DNA of 64,000 nucleotides from Hormoscilla sp. (GTDB lineage Bacteria; Cyanobacteriota; Cyanobacteriia; Cyanobacteriales; Desertifilaceae). The translations under genes were made by a program, and so were the position numbers. How positions within the stretch are numbered: position 1 is the first letter of the stretch; every line of letters begins with the position of its first letter. The notes under the pieces were generated by a model that was given only the letters and a program-made list of their open reading frames with translations, had not been told where the DNA came from and did not search any database. The stretch lies in assembly GCA_051439505.1 (NCBI GenBank), contig JBFRWI010000086.1:1-64000 (forward strand), in the 5' to 3' direction. This document shows, one piece after another, positions 20,236 to 29,167 of this stretch.

Positions 20236-21375
20236 ATGGACGCCAAGATTCTCTCGATCGCTACAGCCCTGCCATCAAATAAGTTAAGCACAGAAATGCT
20301 GCTGACTGAGTTAGGGTATAAATTATCACCCCTCTTGGTGAAAACAATTCAGAACATGGGAGTAGAGTACAGATATTCCGTACTGAATAATTGTTTAGAA
20401 ACGCTCCTTGGAAAAGAGGAGATCCAAGCTTCTACGACAGCCACAGAGTTGAGTGCGGAGGCGGTGAGGAAATGCCTCGCATTTGTAGATGTAGATCCTG
20501 ATGAGGTAGGCTTGCTGATTGCAGCAACGAACACCCAGAGTCGCTTGCTACCCGGTCTCGCTTCAGATCTAATGGCTTTGTTACATGGTATTCTCAAGCC
20601 CGATATAAGTATCATCAATATGCAGGGTCAAGGTTGTGCAGCTTTACTCAAAGCTGTGGAGGTAGCCCAGTGGTATCTGCTCGCTAACTCTGACAAAAAA
20701 GCCCTAGTATTGATGTCTGAGGCTGCCACACCTTACTCCATAAAACATCTCGCTGGTAGAGAATACTATAGCTTTCGCGAAATTAAGGCAATGGGTGACC
20801 CTCCAGCCGAACAGTCGGTCAAGATGCGCTACACTGAAGAAGCAATCGAAGCCTTTTTATTTGGTGATGGCGCGGTGGCTTTACTCCTGGGCTCTCAGAA
20901 TAATGGCTCTGCTGCGAGTTTTGGGTCAATCTGTCACTTAACCAACGAAAAACCAGATGATGCTAACTTACTTGTGATGTCTGACGGTGGTACCGAGCAT
21001 CCGGTCGTACATGGCGTGCCGCGATACTGGATGCGATCGGAAGTCCCCAAGCGCGGGGCCGCTTATGCAGCAGCAACGGTAAAGGCTCTCCTGGAACATC
21101 CCCTCACCCCCATCAACCACCTGGATGAAGCGAAAGTTGGTCTCATCCACACAGGTAGTCGCAAGATCCTCGATGGAGTTTGTCATAAACTGGGTTTATC
21201 TCCAAGTTCCCCGCAAGTCGCTCTATCCTACGATATTTTACGCAAGTACGGCAATCTGTCTTGTGCCTCGGTGGGATTTATGTTGGCAGAGGGTGACTTT
21301 ACTAGCGGAACGGGTTTTATGATTATTTTTGGGATTGGATTTAGTGCCAGTGCGGGAATTATCACGTTTTCGTAA
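20236..21375 (+). CDS. Type III polyketide synthase (chalcone synthase-like)
   Basis: Cys-His-Asn triad (QGQGCAA, IHTGSRKIL, YGNLSCASV); LFGDGAVA; FGIGFS. Confidence 0.85.
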   Translation: MDAKILSIATALPSNKLSTEMLLTELGYKLSPLLVKTIQNMGVEYRYSVLNNCLETLLGKEEIQASTTATELSAEAVRKCLAFVDVDPDEVGLLIAATNTQSRLLPGLASDLMALLHGILKPDISIINMQGQGCAALLKAVEVAQWYLLANSDKKALVLMSEAATPYSIKHLAGREYYSFREIKAMGDPPAEQSVKMRYTEEAIEAFLFGDGAVALLLGSQNNGSAASFGSICHLTNEKPDDANLLVMSDGGTEHPVVHGVPRYWMRSEVPKRGAAYAAATVKALLEHPLTPINHLDEAKVGLIHTGSRKILDGVCHKLGLSPSSPQVALSYDILRKYGNLSCASVGFMLAEGDFTSGTGFMIIFGIGFSASAGIITFS

Positions 21376-21450
21376 TCCCAAAAATGAGCGAGAGTCCCTA
21401 AATTGCTGTATTCTCCATCTAGTGTCTTGAATTTTTGAGGTTAACTACTG

Positions 21451-21636
21451 ATGCCTATATTAATGGAAGCTGGTGCGTTCCCGCTCTATTTTACCCTCGT
21501 CTACGTCGTGGGCTTTATTGCTGCTGTCACTATTGGCTCGATCGCCTGGTATAATTCCAAGCGCCCTGCTGGTTGGGAGGATGCCAAGCGTCCGGACATT
21601 ATACCTGAGATTAAGCCCAAAGACAAGGATAAATAA
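21451..21636 (+). CDS. psb35: Photosystem II assembly protein Psb35
   Basis: GFIAAVTIGSIAWYNSKRPAGWE motif. Confidence 0.8.
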   Translation: MPILMEAGAFPLYFTLVYVVGFIAAVTIGSIAWYNSKRPAGWEDAKRPDIIPEIKPKDKDK

Positions 21637-21637
21637 A

Positions 21638-22975
21638 CTATCCGGACTCCTGCTTTAACCGCACCATGAAAAATCCATCCATTTGATGTCGGTGGGGCCA
21701 GACTTTGACCCATCCCTCGGCGGCGCCGGGGGGTGGGTCTATTTTCCAGTGGGGATGCTTCTCTAGAAATGCCTGAATAACTCTTTCGTTCTCTAAGGGA
21801 TGCAGGGTACAGGTGGCATAAACCAGTATGCCTCCTGCTTTTACCCATGTAGCTGTATGTTCTAGCAGTTCTCTCTGCAATGCTGATAGTTCTTCGACTG
21901 TCTCTGGGGTTTGACGCCAACGGGCATCGGCATGGCGATGTAAGGTTCCTAAACCCGAACATGGGGCGTCTAGTAATACCCGATCGGCCATGTTGGTAAA
22001 CTTTTCTATGTTGCGTATGTCCTCTGCACATATTTTAATTGACTGCAAGTTCAAGCGATCGCAGTTTTGAGTCAGCTTTTTCAGGCGGGAGACGCTGCGA
22101 TCGCATGCCCAAACCGTTCCCCGATCGCCCATCAACTCGGCAATATGTGTAGTTTTGCCGCCGGGTGCAGCACAGGCATCTATTACCACTTCACCAGGTT
22201 GGGGGTCGAGGAGATATGTTACTAATTGAGCGCTACTATCTTGTACCATCCACCACCCTTCTTGAAAACCTGGTAATTTCTGGATCGATCCTATTCTACC
22301 ATTTAATCTTAAACCCGCCACCCCCATTACAGATATAAATGTTTCCGGGACGGGACTCACTCCTACCCCTGCTGAAAACATCGCTGCTTCTACTTCTGCT
22401 ATTGTAGTGCGCAGAATATTTACCCGTAAGTCAATGGTTGGCGGTTGGTTCAACCATTCACAGAGTTTTTCCGTTTCCGTTTCTCCCAACTGTTCTAACC
22501 ATAATTCTATTATCCAGTCGGGGTAACTGTGCAATATCCCCAAACGTTCCACGGGATTTTCTGGTAATTTCCATTCCCCTTTTCCTTCATTTCGGATATA
22601 TTGCCGCAGCAGACTATTCACAAACCCCGCCAGTCCCCCCAGACGATTTTCTTTGGCTAGTTCCACCGTACTATCTACTGCTGCAGCTGCTGGTATCTGA
22701 GTTAAATACTCCAGTTGATATAAACCTAGATGTAATATTATCCGCAGGTCCGGGTTTTGCTTGCTTGCTGGCTTTTTGGCTAGCCGATCGATTATATTGT
22801 CCAGCGATCGCCTTCTCCGCACTGTCCCATACAGTAACTCCGTTACCAATGAGCGATCGGCCCCTGATAGTTTGGCTTTTTGCAGCCAGCGATCGAGGGC
22901 CACATCTGCATAGGCCGATCGGCGATCGACTTCCTGGAGGGCGAGAAATGCTATTTGGCGGGGGTTGGGTTTCAT
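21638..22975 (-). CDS. rsmB: 16S rRNA m5C967 methyltransferase
   Basis: N-terminal NusB-like domain; DACAAPGGKT, LLDAPCSG and YATCT. Confidence 0.93.
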   Translation of the reverse strand: MKPNPRQIAFLALQEVDRRSAYADVALDRWLQKAKLSGADRSLVTELLYGTVRRRRSLDNIIDRLAKKPASKQNPDLRIILHLGLYQLEYLTQIPAAAAVDSTVELAKENRLGGLAGFVNSLLRQYIRNEGKGEWKLPENPVERLGILHSYPDWIIELWLEQLGETETEKLCEWLNQPPTIDLRVNILRTTIAEVEAAMFSAGVGVSPVPETFISVMGVAGLRLNGRIGSIQKLPGFQEGWWMVQDSSAQLVTYLLDPQPGEVVIDACAAPGGKTTHIAELMGDRGTVWACDRSVSRLKKLTQNCDRLNLQSIKICAEDIRNIEKFTNMADRVLLDAPCSGLGTLHRHADARWRQTPETVEELSALQRELLEHTATWVKAGGILVYATCTLHPLENERVIQAFLEKHPHWKIDPPPGAAEGWVKVWPHRHQMDGFFMVRLKQESG

Positions 22976-23206
22976 TGACTATGAACCTAATGGTTAATTG
23001 TGAATTGTCAATTGTCCTATATTTATATTATCATGTTGGTGCTACAACTGTCAAGCTTGCCCGATGACCGGGGTTATTTGCTCGCTCCTTGCCTGGAATG
23101 GCGATCGATTTTGCAACTGCTAAATTTCGACTATCGTCCCAATTAGGCAATGGGGCGAACCGCGATCAGGGTATTGTAGAAGGTCATAATTGAGGATAGA
23201 ACCATT

Positions 23207-23500
23207 ATACCAACAAAGGACCAATCGCAATCATGTCTGCGAGTTTGTCAAATGCTGTCCGACGGCGATCGGGACATCTAAATCTTCCGTTTTAATCATC
23301 AGAAGGGATATGTCACCATTTTTTTAATTATGATATACTTTAGGGGAGCACTCCTTGGAGGCGGGAGCCTCATAAAAACGTTCCCAGGTAGAACCTGGGA
23401 ACGAGAATGTGGCAGTTTTTCTCGATCGAGACTTGAGGAAATTGTATGATCGTGGCAGGAGGCGATCGGGCAATTATGAGAGAGGGGAATTTGGAGGTAG
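23207..23500 (+). pseudogene. DUF6888-like gene remnant (partner of DUF6887)
   Basis: IPTKDQSQSCLRVCQMLSDGDRDI*IFRFN with TAA at 23279, interrupted by the palindromic repeat CGTTCCCAGGTAGAACCTGGGAACG; possible tail RGIWR* just before the next gene. Confidence 0.5.
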
Positions 23501-23504
23501 ATGG

Positions 23505-23738
23505 ATGAAACAGAACTTTGCAGAAATGTCGAGAGAAGAACTAACAGCTTATGTGCTGGAACATCGGGAGGATATGGAAGCTTTACATGCATTGGTTAGT
23601 CGCCGGACTCCCGACTCGGAAGCAACATGGTATCCGGCACCCTGTACTCCTGAAGGGGTGCCCATTCCGGAAAATATCCGCATCATGGAAGAAGCGATCC
23701 GTGAACGAATTGAGGAAATAGACAGGAAAAAGAAATAG
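23505..23738 (+). CDS. DUF6887-like small protein
   Basis: MKQNFAEMSREELTAYVLEHREDMEA motif; GGAGG upstream. Confidence 0.72.
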   Translation: MKQNFAEMSREELTAYVLEHREDMEALHALVSRRTPDSEATWYPAPCTPEGVPIPENIRIMEEAIRERIEEIDRKKK

Positions 23739-23919
23739 CAGGATTAACTCCGACATGATTCTTTACATCGATCTTGAAGAAATAAAACAAGTTGCAGTAT
23801 AGTGGAACTTGGGCTGCCGCCGGCGGGCAGAAATGGCCCGAATGGTGAGCCAGCCTAGTTCAAAACAGCAAGTGATATCATATTAGGGTCTTGATTCATT
23901 CAGCGAAGGATGAGAGGAG

Positions 23920-24410
23920 ATGAAATACCAGTTATTCGCGAAAATGCTGGCTGGGTTGGCGATCGCCTTAACCCTGGGGACCGCCAACCCAGAACCCAGC
24001 GCGGCCCAAAGCAAGAAGTTTTTCTGCGGTACGAGTGATGGCTCGCCGGCAACAATGGTGCGAAAAAACGGGGAAAATGTGCCCATCATTATCTGGTCTA
24101 ACCGTAATTTCGAGGCTTCGGGATGGACTCGTGAGCGCCGCTGTCAGGAAGTGTCTGACAGGTTTCAACGCTACGACAATGAAGGTAAGTTAATAGCCTC
24201 GCCTTTAGTCCCGATGGGCAGTTGTTAGCCAGTGGCAGTAATGACAATACCATCAAGATTTGGAATCTGAGAAGCGGCAGATTACTGCGTACCCTCACTG
24301 GTCATTCCGGCCCGGTTAGGAGCGTCGCCATTAGTCCCGATGGGCAGTTGTTAGCCAGTGGCAGTAATGACAATACCATCAAGATTTGGAGGGGACAGCA
24401 GACGTGGTGA
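23920..24410 (+). pseudogene. Internally deleted COP23-domain / WD40 gene
   Basis: Signal peptide plus COP23 N-terminal half (FFCG...P.T...IIIW...SGWT.ERRCQEVS.RFQ), joined out of frame near 24195 to the last two WD40 repeats (SPDGQLLASGSNDNTIKIW x2). Confidence 0.72.
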
Positions 24411-24868
24411 GAGGGAAGGGAGCAGAGTCCGATGGATTTTGTTGGTCTTATGTTTGCTCGCCAACCACGGATCGGTACGCGGACAGAAAGATTTCCCTTC
24501 CCTATGCATGCAAAAATATCCGACCTTTAGCTCCGCTGCGCGTCAGCGCTAGCATGGGCGCGACCCTTCGGCTAACGCTCAGGGACCGCAATCTCCCTCG
24601 ATAAATTAACAAATATCCAATTCGGTTTGCGGGAGCCCGTAAACAATTCAAAATTCAAAATTCAGCAATTCTTTATTGGGAAAGCCCTTGAGGGCAAGGA
24701 TCTCAGCTTTTTGGCCGATGCAATTTAAATGCGCGACAGCTTAGTGAGATGCCCCTACAGTTATGTTGGTGCATCTGGATGCCCATCGGGAGGCCAGCAC
24801 TTTGGGGAGATCCTAGACGCCCGATCGGCCATGTTAAAATGGGAAGGCAAGAGTTGAAAGGAGAAGCG

Positions 24869-25135
24869 ATGACAGTGGGACTACTGGACTACAGCAAAGA
24901 GGAATTTGCTCGACGGGGGAATGAAATTTACCATACCCAGGTCCGTCCTCAAGTTGAGCAGGGAAATTACGGCAAGATTGTGGCGATCGATATCGAGACA
25001 GGAGCCTTTGAGGTTGCTGATGATACGATTACAGCTTCCGAAGCATTACTGGAACGATACCCTGATGCTCTCCTCTGGCGCGTTAGGATTGGGCATAAAG
25101 CCGTTCACCGCTTTGGAAGAGGTCGCCTGGTGTAA
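24869..25135 (+). CDS. Small DUF5678-like protein (partner of aspartic protease)
   Basis: YSKEEFARRGNEIY...GKIVAIDIETGAFEV motif; GGAG RBS. Confidence 0.7.
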   Translation: MTVGLLDYSKEEFARRGNEIYHTQVRPQVEQGNYGKIVAIDIETGAFEVADDTITASEALLERYPDALLWRVRIGHKAVHRFGRGRLV

Positions 25136-25139
25136 TATT

Positions 25140-25613
25140 ATGATGCATGGAATTGTCAATCAAAACGGCGAGGCTACGATTCGGTTGGTCGTAGGAAATG
25201 CCCATGGACAAAGACAAATGATTGATGCTGTAATAGATACAGGGTTTACAGGTTTTTTGACCCTGCCTATAACAGTTATTACCAACCTCAACTTACAGTT
25301 GTATAGCCGTGAAGAGGGAACATTGGGAGATGGAAGTGTTTGTATTTTTGATGTGTACCGTGGATTTGTCATTTGGGATGGAGAATTTAAACGAATTGAT
25401 GTCAATGCAGCCGAGACAGTACCTTTGGTTGGTATGAGTTTGCTCTACGGCTATCGTATCCAGCTTGATGCGATCGAAGGTGGTACGATTATAATCCAGT
25501 CATTGAGCAGTTTTAATTTATTTGTTGCCATACTGCGCCTTCAAAACTGTTGCCATGAGTATAGCATTGGGCGATCGCATTATCTCTGCTCACAGGGCCT
25601 GTTCATAACATAA
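25140..25613 (+). CDS. Clan AA (retropepsin-like) aspartic protease
   Basis: AVIDTGFTGFLTLP catalytic motif; PLVGMSLL; the C-terminus looks extended. Confidence 0.82.
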   Translation: MMHGIVNQNGEATIRLVVGNAHGQRQMIDAVIDTGFTGFLTLPITVITNLNLQLYSREEGTLGDGSVCIFDVYRGFVIWDGEFKRIDVNAAETVPLVGMSLLYGYRIQLDAIEGGTIIIQSLSSFNLFVAILRLQNCCHEYSIGRSHYLCSQGLFIT

Positions 25614-25749
25614 GGATATTGACAGAATGCGATCGCCCTTGTAGGGGCACAGCATACATAATATTTTGATATCAACCGAAATCTCTCTATTGCCGTGCCC
25701 CGCCGCGCCGGACAGAAAATGGGCGATCGCATCCCAGACAGCGAACAGT

Positions 25750-26424
25750 TCAACCATTACGGACTTGCTGCTGAACCCAACTTCTCAAAGCCCTTTCCGC
25801 GTCCATTTCATCCGTCTGAGAAGCTTCGAGAAACTCGTAAAGTTTTGTTTTCGAGATCCAGTTGGGAAAAGTCGGACTATTTTCCACTTCCACATATCCG
25901 ACGTCTTGCAATTGATAAATCCGCAGCACTTCCCCATTATAACGCCACAACTCGGGAACTCCCATTGCTGCGTACAGACGGGGTTTGTCGATGTTGCTAT
26001 AGGAGATATCTACCTCCACAACTAAGTCGGGAGGAGGATCTTTCTTTAAGTCCACTTCTTTGCCCGCTACTAATGCTTGATTTTGAATGTAGTAACAATT
26101 GTCTGGTTCTGACGCTTTTTCTAATCCCGGATAATTCAGAGTCGTTGAACCCATTGTTTTTACCTTCATCCCCAGCTCAAAAAGTAAACTCCAGATAAAC
26201 TTTTCAATCAACCTGGTCGCAGTTTCATGTTTTTCTGATGGCATGGTAATCTCTAATGTACCTCTGTCGTAGGTTAATCTGGCCGCCCGATCGTCTCCCA
26301 GACTCTCCAATATTTTCTCATACTTTTCCCAGCTGATGTTATGGAAAACTACCCGTTGTTCTGGGGGTTCAGTCGAAAATGCGATCGCCTTTTTTTCTGT
26401 TTTAGTTATTGCTGCTACTGTCAC
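25750..26424 (-). CDS. Uma2 family (DUF820) endonuclease-fold protein
   Basis: ISWEKYE, RLTYDRGTLEI, EPDNCYY, PPPDLVVEVD and YAAMGVPELW. Confidence 0.92.
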   Translation of the reverse strand: MTVAAITKTEKKAIAFSTEPPEQRVVFHNISWEKYEKILESLGDDRAARLTYDRGTLEITMPSEKHETATRLIEKFIWSLLFELGMKVKTMGSTTLNYPGLEKASEPDNCYYIQNQALVAGKEVDLKKDPPPDLVVEVDISYSNIDKPRLYAAMGVPELWRYNGEVLRIYQLQDVGYVEVENSPTFPNWISKTKLYEFLEASQTDEMDAERALRSWVQQQVRNG

Positions 26425-26620
26425 GTTCTTTCTCCTTTTGATCTAATTACAAATTCCACCGCCTTTTCCTATTATAGCACAGATATGACCGGACAAACAA
26501 TTTCTGGTTAGCTATAGCAGAAGCGCGATCGCCAGATCTAGAATCACCGGACATAAAATGGGCGATCGCCTTATCTCATTTTGTCAAAAAAATGCTCCAA
26601 TTTTAGAGCAATATCCTATT

Positions 26621-26677
26621 AGTCGGTTTTAACCGACTTTAGCTATTAGCCGGGGGTTTGAACCCCCGGCGGGCTGA
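26621..26677. repeat. Dispersed double-hairpin REP-like repeat (also ~31500-31553 and 50240-50296)
   Basis: AGTCGGTTTTAACCGACTT + AGCTATTAGCCGGGGGTTT.AACCCCCGGCGGGC. Confidence 0.85.
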
Positions 26678-26693
26678 TTGCCCAACCTACAAA

Positions 26694-27572
26694 TTATACC
26701 TCTTCAGCCGCTTGCAGCATCAACTTGCGAGCCACAGTTTGAATGCCAGTATGTTCGTAGTAATTGGTAGTCTTGTCCAGAAATACTGCCACCACGTCTA
26801 AAGTATCGTCGGAAAAATCGATAAACCCACCCAGGCGATCGAAAATCTTTGTGGGAGTTAAACCAACAGAGCCTACCAAATCATCCATCCAGCCGCTCAC
26901 TGCTCCGAAGGTATCGCGGACGAACCCGATTTTATCATCTCCGGGAATGAAGCCACTGACAGCTTTGAAAATGGGATTATCTTCCAGACCGCTCTCGTCC
27001 TCTCCATCCAGGGTATCCTGTACTTTTTGCAAGAAGTCAACACCCAGGGGAGCGAGACCATCCAGGCAAACTAAGCCCATCATCCGCATTTTAGCCGAAC
27101 CCGTATAGTTCTCCTTCAAGTCCGCCACAAATTTGCCCGGGTTCAGTTCCAGACCGTTGAGTTTGCTATAGGCGACTAACTCCGCTACAATTTTCAGCAC
27201 TAAGTCAAAGGATTGAGTAGTGTCCGGCTTCGGAGTAAATCTGCCCAAAAAGGAGAGGAAGGGGATTTTGTCGCTGATGATTTCCGCCATCGCCGCCGCC
27301 GCTAGGGCATTGTCCGCATTATCCACCGTTTGGTAAATCCAGATGGCACTCTGATATCCATTGTTTTCGTCATTGTACAGCTCGATCGCCCGATCGCGAA
27401 TACTGGCAATCCTGTCTTCATCTTCTGCCCCAGTCACCTTGATAATGGTGTTATCGCAACCCACAATATTCTCCCACTCTCCTGGGGTGATGCGAGAGAG
27501 GGCGCTCAGCACCTTCACAGTGATGTTATCTGCGGGCAGATCGTCGAGTAACGTAATAATTGAATCGCTCAA
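26694..27572 (-). CDS. Acidic hypothetical protein (paralogue A)
   Basis: 292 aa, TTG start with AAGGA upstream; colinear with 28067-28951. Confidence 0.8.
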   Translation of the reverse strand: MSDSIITLLDDLPADNITVKVLSALSRITPGEWENIVGCDNTIIKVTGAEDEDRIASIRDRAIELYNDENNGYQSAIWIYQTVDNADNALAAAAMAEIISDKIPFLSFLGRFTPKPDTTQSFDLVLKIVAELVAYSKLNGLELNPGKFVADLKENYTGSAKMRMMGLVCLDGLAPLGVDFLQKVQDTLDGEDESGLEDNPIFKAVSGFIPGDDKIGFVRDTFGAVSGWMDDLVGSVGLTPTKIFDRLGGFIDFSDDTLDVVAVFLDKTTNYYEHTGIQTVARKLMLQAAEEV

Positions 27573-27686
27573 AGTAGTATATTCCTTATCTGTTCGCGCT
27601 AGTTGTCATCTCTATTATATCTGCGACCATCTCAAAAATCTACCCTTCGCAATAATTTTTAACTGTAGGGTGGGCACCGCCCACCT

Positions 27687-27917
27687 AAATACTTCTCGGT
27701 TAATAATCTGTCATTGCGAGGGGGAACCCAAACCGATAATTTACAAATCTTTACCAGGATACCCCCGACGCAATCTCACCAACTACACCGAAGCACTCTT
27801 CATATCATACAGGGCGGGGGGATTGCTTCGGGGGGGGGTAAGTCATCAAGCATAAGTTAATCGCGTCCTACTTCCCCCTCGCAATGACAACCTATATGCA
27901 AAACCTACGAAGTATTG
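27687..27917. mobile_element. MITE with 10-bp TSD and internal TGTCATTGCGAG cruciform
   Basis: Ends AAATACTTC/GAAGTATTG; TSD CCGCCCACCT at 27677-27686 and 27918-27927; inner IR 27709-27889. Confidence 0.85.
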
Positions 27918-28066
27918 CCGCCCACCTTCTCTTTTACTCAATCAATAATTATCTGTCCCTTGTAATTAACAGTTGCTCAATTTTCCATTAACAATTGCTC
28001 AATTCACCATGCACCATTTTCAATTCACCATTCCCGTCATAGGTGGGCATTGCCCACCATAGGAGG

Positions 28067-28951
28067 CTATACCTCTTCAGCTGCTTGCGCGATCAACTTG
28101 CGAGCAACGGTTTGGATGCCAGTCTGTTTATAATATGTTGTGGTCTGGTCGATAAATGCCGCCACCACGTCTAAAGCGTCATCGGAAAAATCGATAAAGC
28201 CACCGACCTTCTCAAAAACGCTTTCCGGCGTTAAACCAGTAGAGCTTACCAAACCATCCATCCAGCCGCTAACTGCGCCGAAGGCGTTACGAACGAAGCC
28301 CAGTTTGTCATCCCCGGGAATCAGGCCGCTGACGGCTGAGAAAATCGGATTGTTTTCCAGTGTACCCTCATCTTCTCCATCCAGGGCATCCTGTACTTTT
28401 TGCAAGAAGTCCGGACCCAGGGGGGCCAGGCCATCTAGGCAAACCAAGGCCACCATCCGCATCTTAGATGGACCGGTATAGTTCTCGGTTAATTCCGCCA
28501 CAAAAGCCTCGGGGTTCAGTTCGGGAATACCGTTGAGTTTGGCATAGGCGACCAATTCGGCGACAATTTTCAGGGCCAAGTCAATGGATTGAGTGGTGTC
28601 CGCCTTGGGAGTAATCTTGCCAAAAAAGGAGAGGAAGGGGATTTTCTCGCTGATTATTTCTGCCATCGCCGCCGCCGCTATGGCATTATCTGCATTATCG
28701 ATGTTTCGGTAAATCGAAACCGCAGTCCGGTATCCATCATTGTTTTCGTCATTGTACAGCTCGATCGCCCGATCGCGAATACTGGCAATCTTCTCAGGAT
28801 CTGTTTCGCCAGTCACCGCTGTAATGGTATTGTCACAACCGATTATATTCTCCCACTCCCCTGGCACGACGGCATCCAGGGCCTCCAGCACCTTCACCGT
28901 GATGTTATCTGCCGGCAGTTCATCCAGTAATTCAACAATTTCTTCGCTCAA
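28067..28951 (-). CDS. Acidic hypothetical protein (paralogue B)
   Basis: 294 aa, TTG start with AAGGAG upstream; tandem paralogue of 26694-27572. Confidence 0.8.
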   Translation of the reverse strand: MSEEIVELLDELPADNITVKVLEALDAVVPGEWENIIGCDNTITAVTGETDPEKIASIRDRAIELYNDENNDGYRTAVSIYRNIDNADNAIAAAAMAEIISEKIPFLSFFGKITPKADTTQSIDLALKIVAELVAYAKLNGIPELNPEAFVAELTENYTGPSKMRMVALVCLDGLAPLGPDFLQKVQDALDGEDEGTLENNPIFSAVSGLIPGDDKLGFVRNAFGAVSGWMDGLVSSTGLTPESVFEKVGGFIDFSDDALDVVAAFIDQTTTYYKQTGIQTVARKLIAQAAEEV

Positions 28952-28993
28952 GGTAGATACTCCTTATTTCTTTACGTTCCTTGTCCGCTATTG

Positions 28994-29022
28994 ATTATAT
29001 CTGGCACTGTCCCCCAAGTCAA
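28994..29022 (-). promoter_or_regulatory. sigma70-type promoter
   Basis: TTGACT-N17-TATAAT on the minus strand, ~45 nt upstream of 28951. Confidence 0.65.
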
Positions 29023-29167
29023 CCTCACTCCCATAATTTTCTTCAGCATGGAGATCCAGGGCCCTTGCACCCATCGGTACTTTGCCCCGTACATCTATCT
29101 GTGGATATATCCGCTCTACTCAATCCTGAAGAGTCCGATCGGTTTCATAGTGAATTGATCATTAGCG

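Noticed and set aside
22438..23067. Long antisense or alternate-frame ORFs (also 5934..6551, 12578..13096, 25695..26198, 38572..39105)
   Set aside because: They overlap well-supported genes and show no recognisable motifs
24205..24390. DGR-like repeat pair in WD40 units
   Set aside because: The two ~60-bp copies are identical, with no adenine-specific mismatches; this is ordinary WD40 homogenisation
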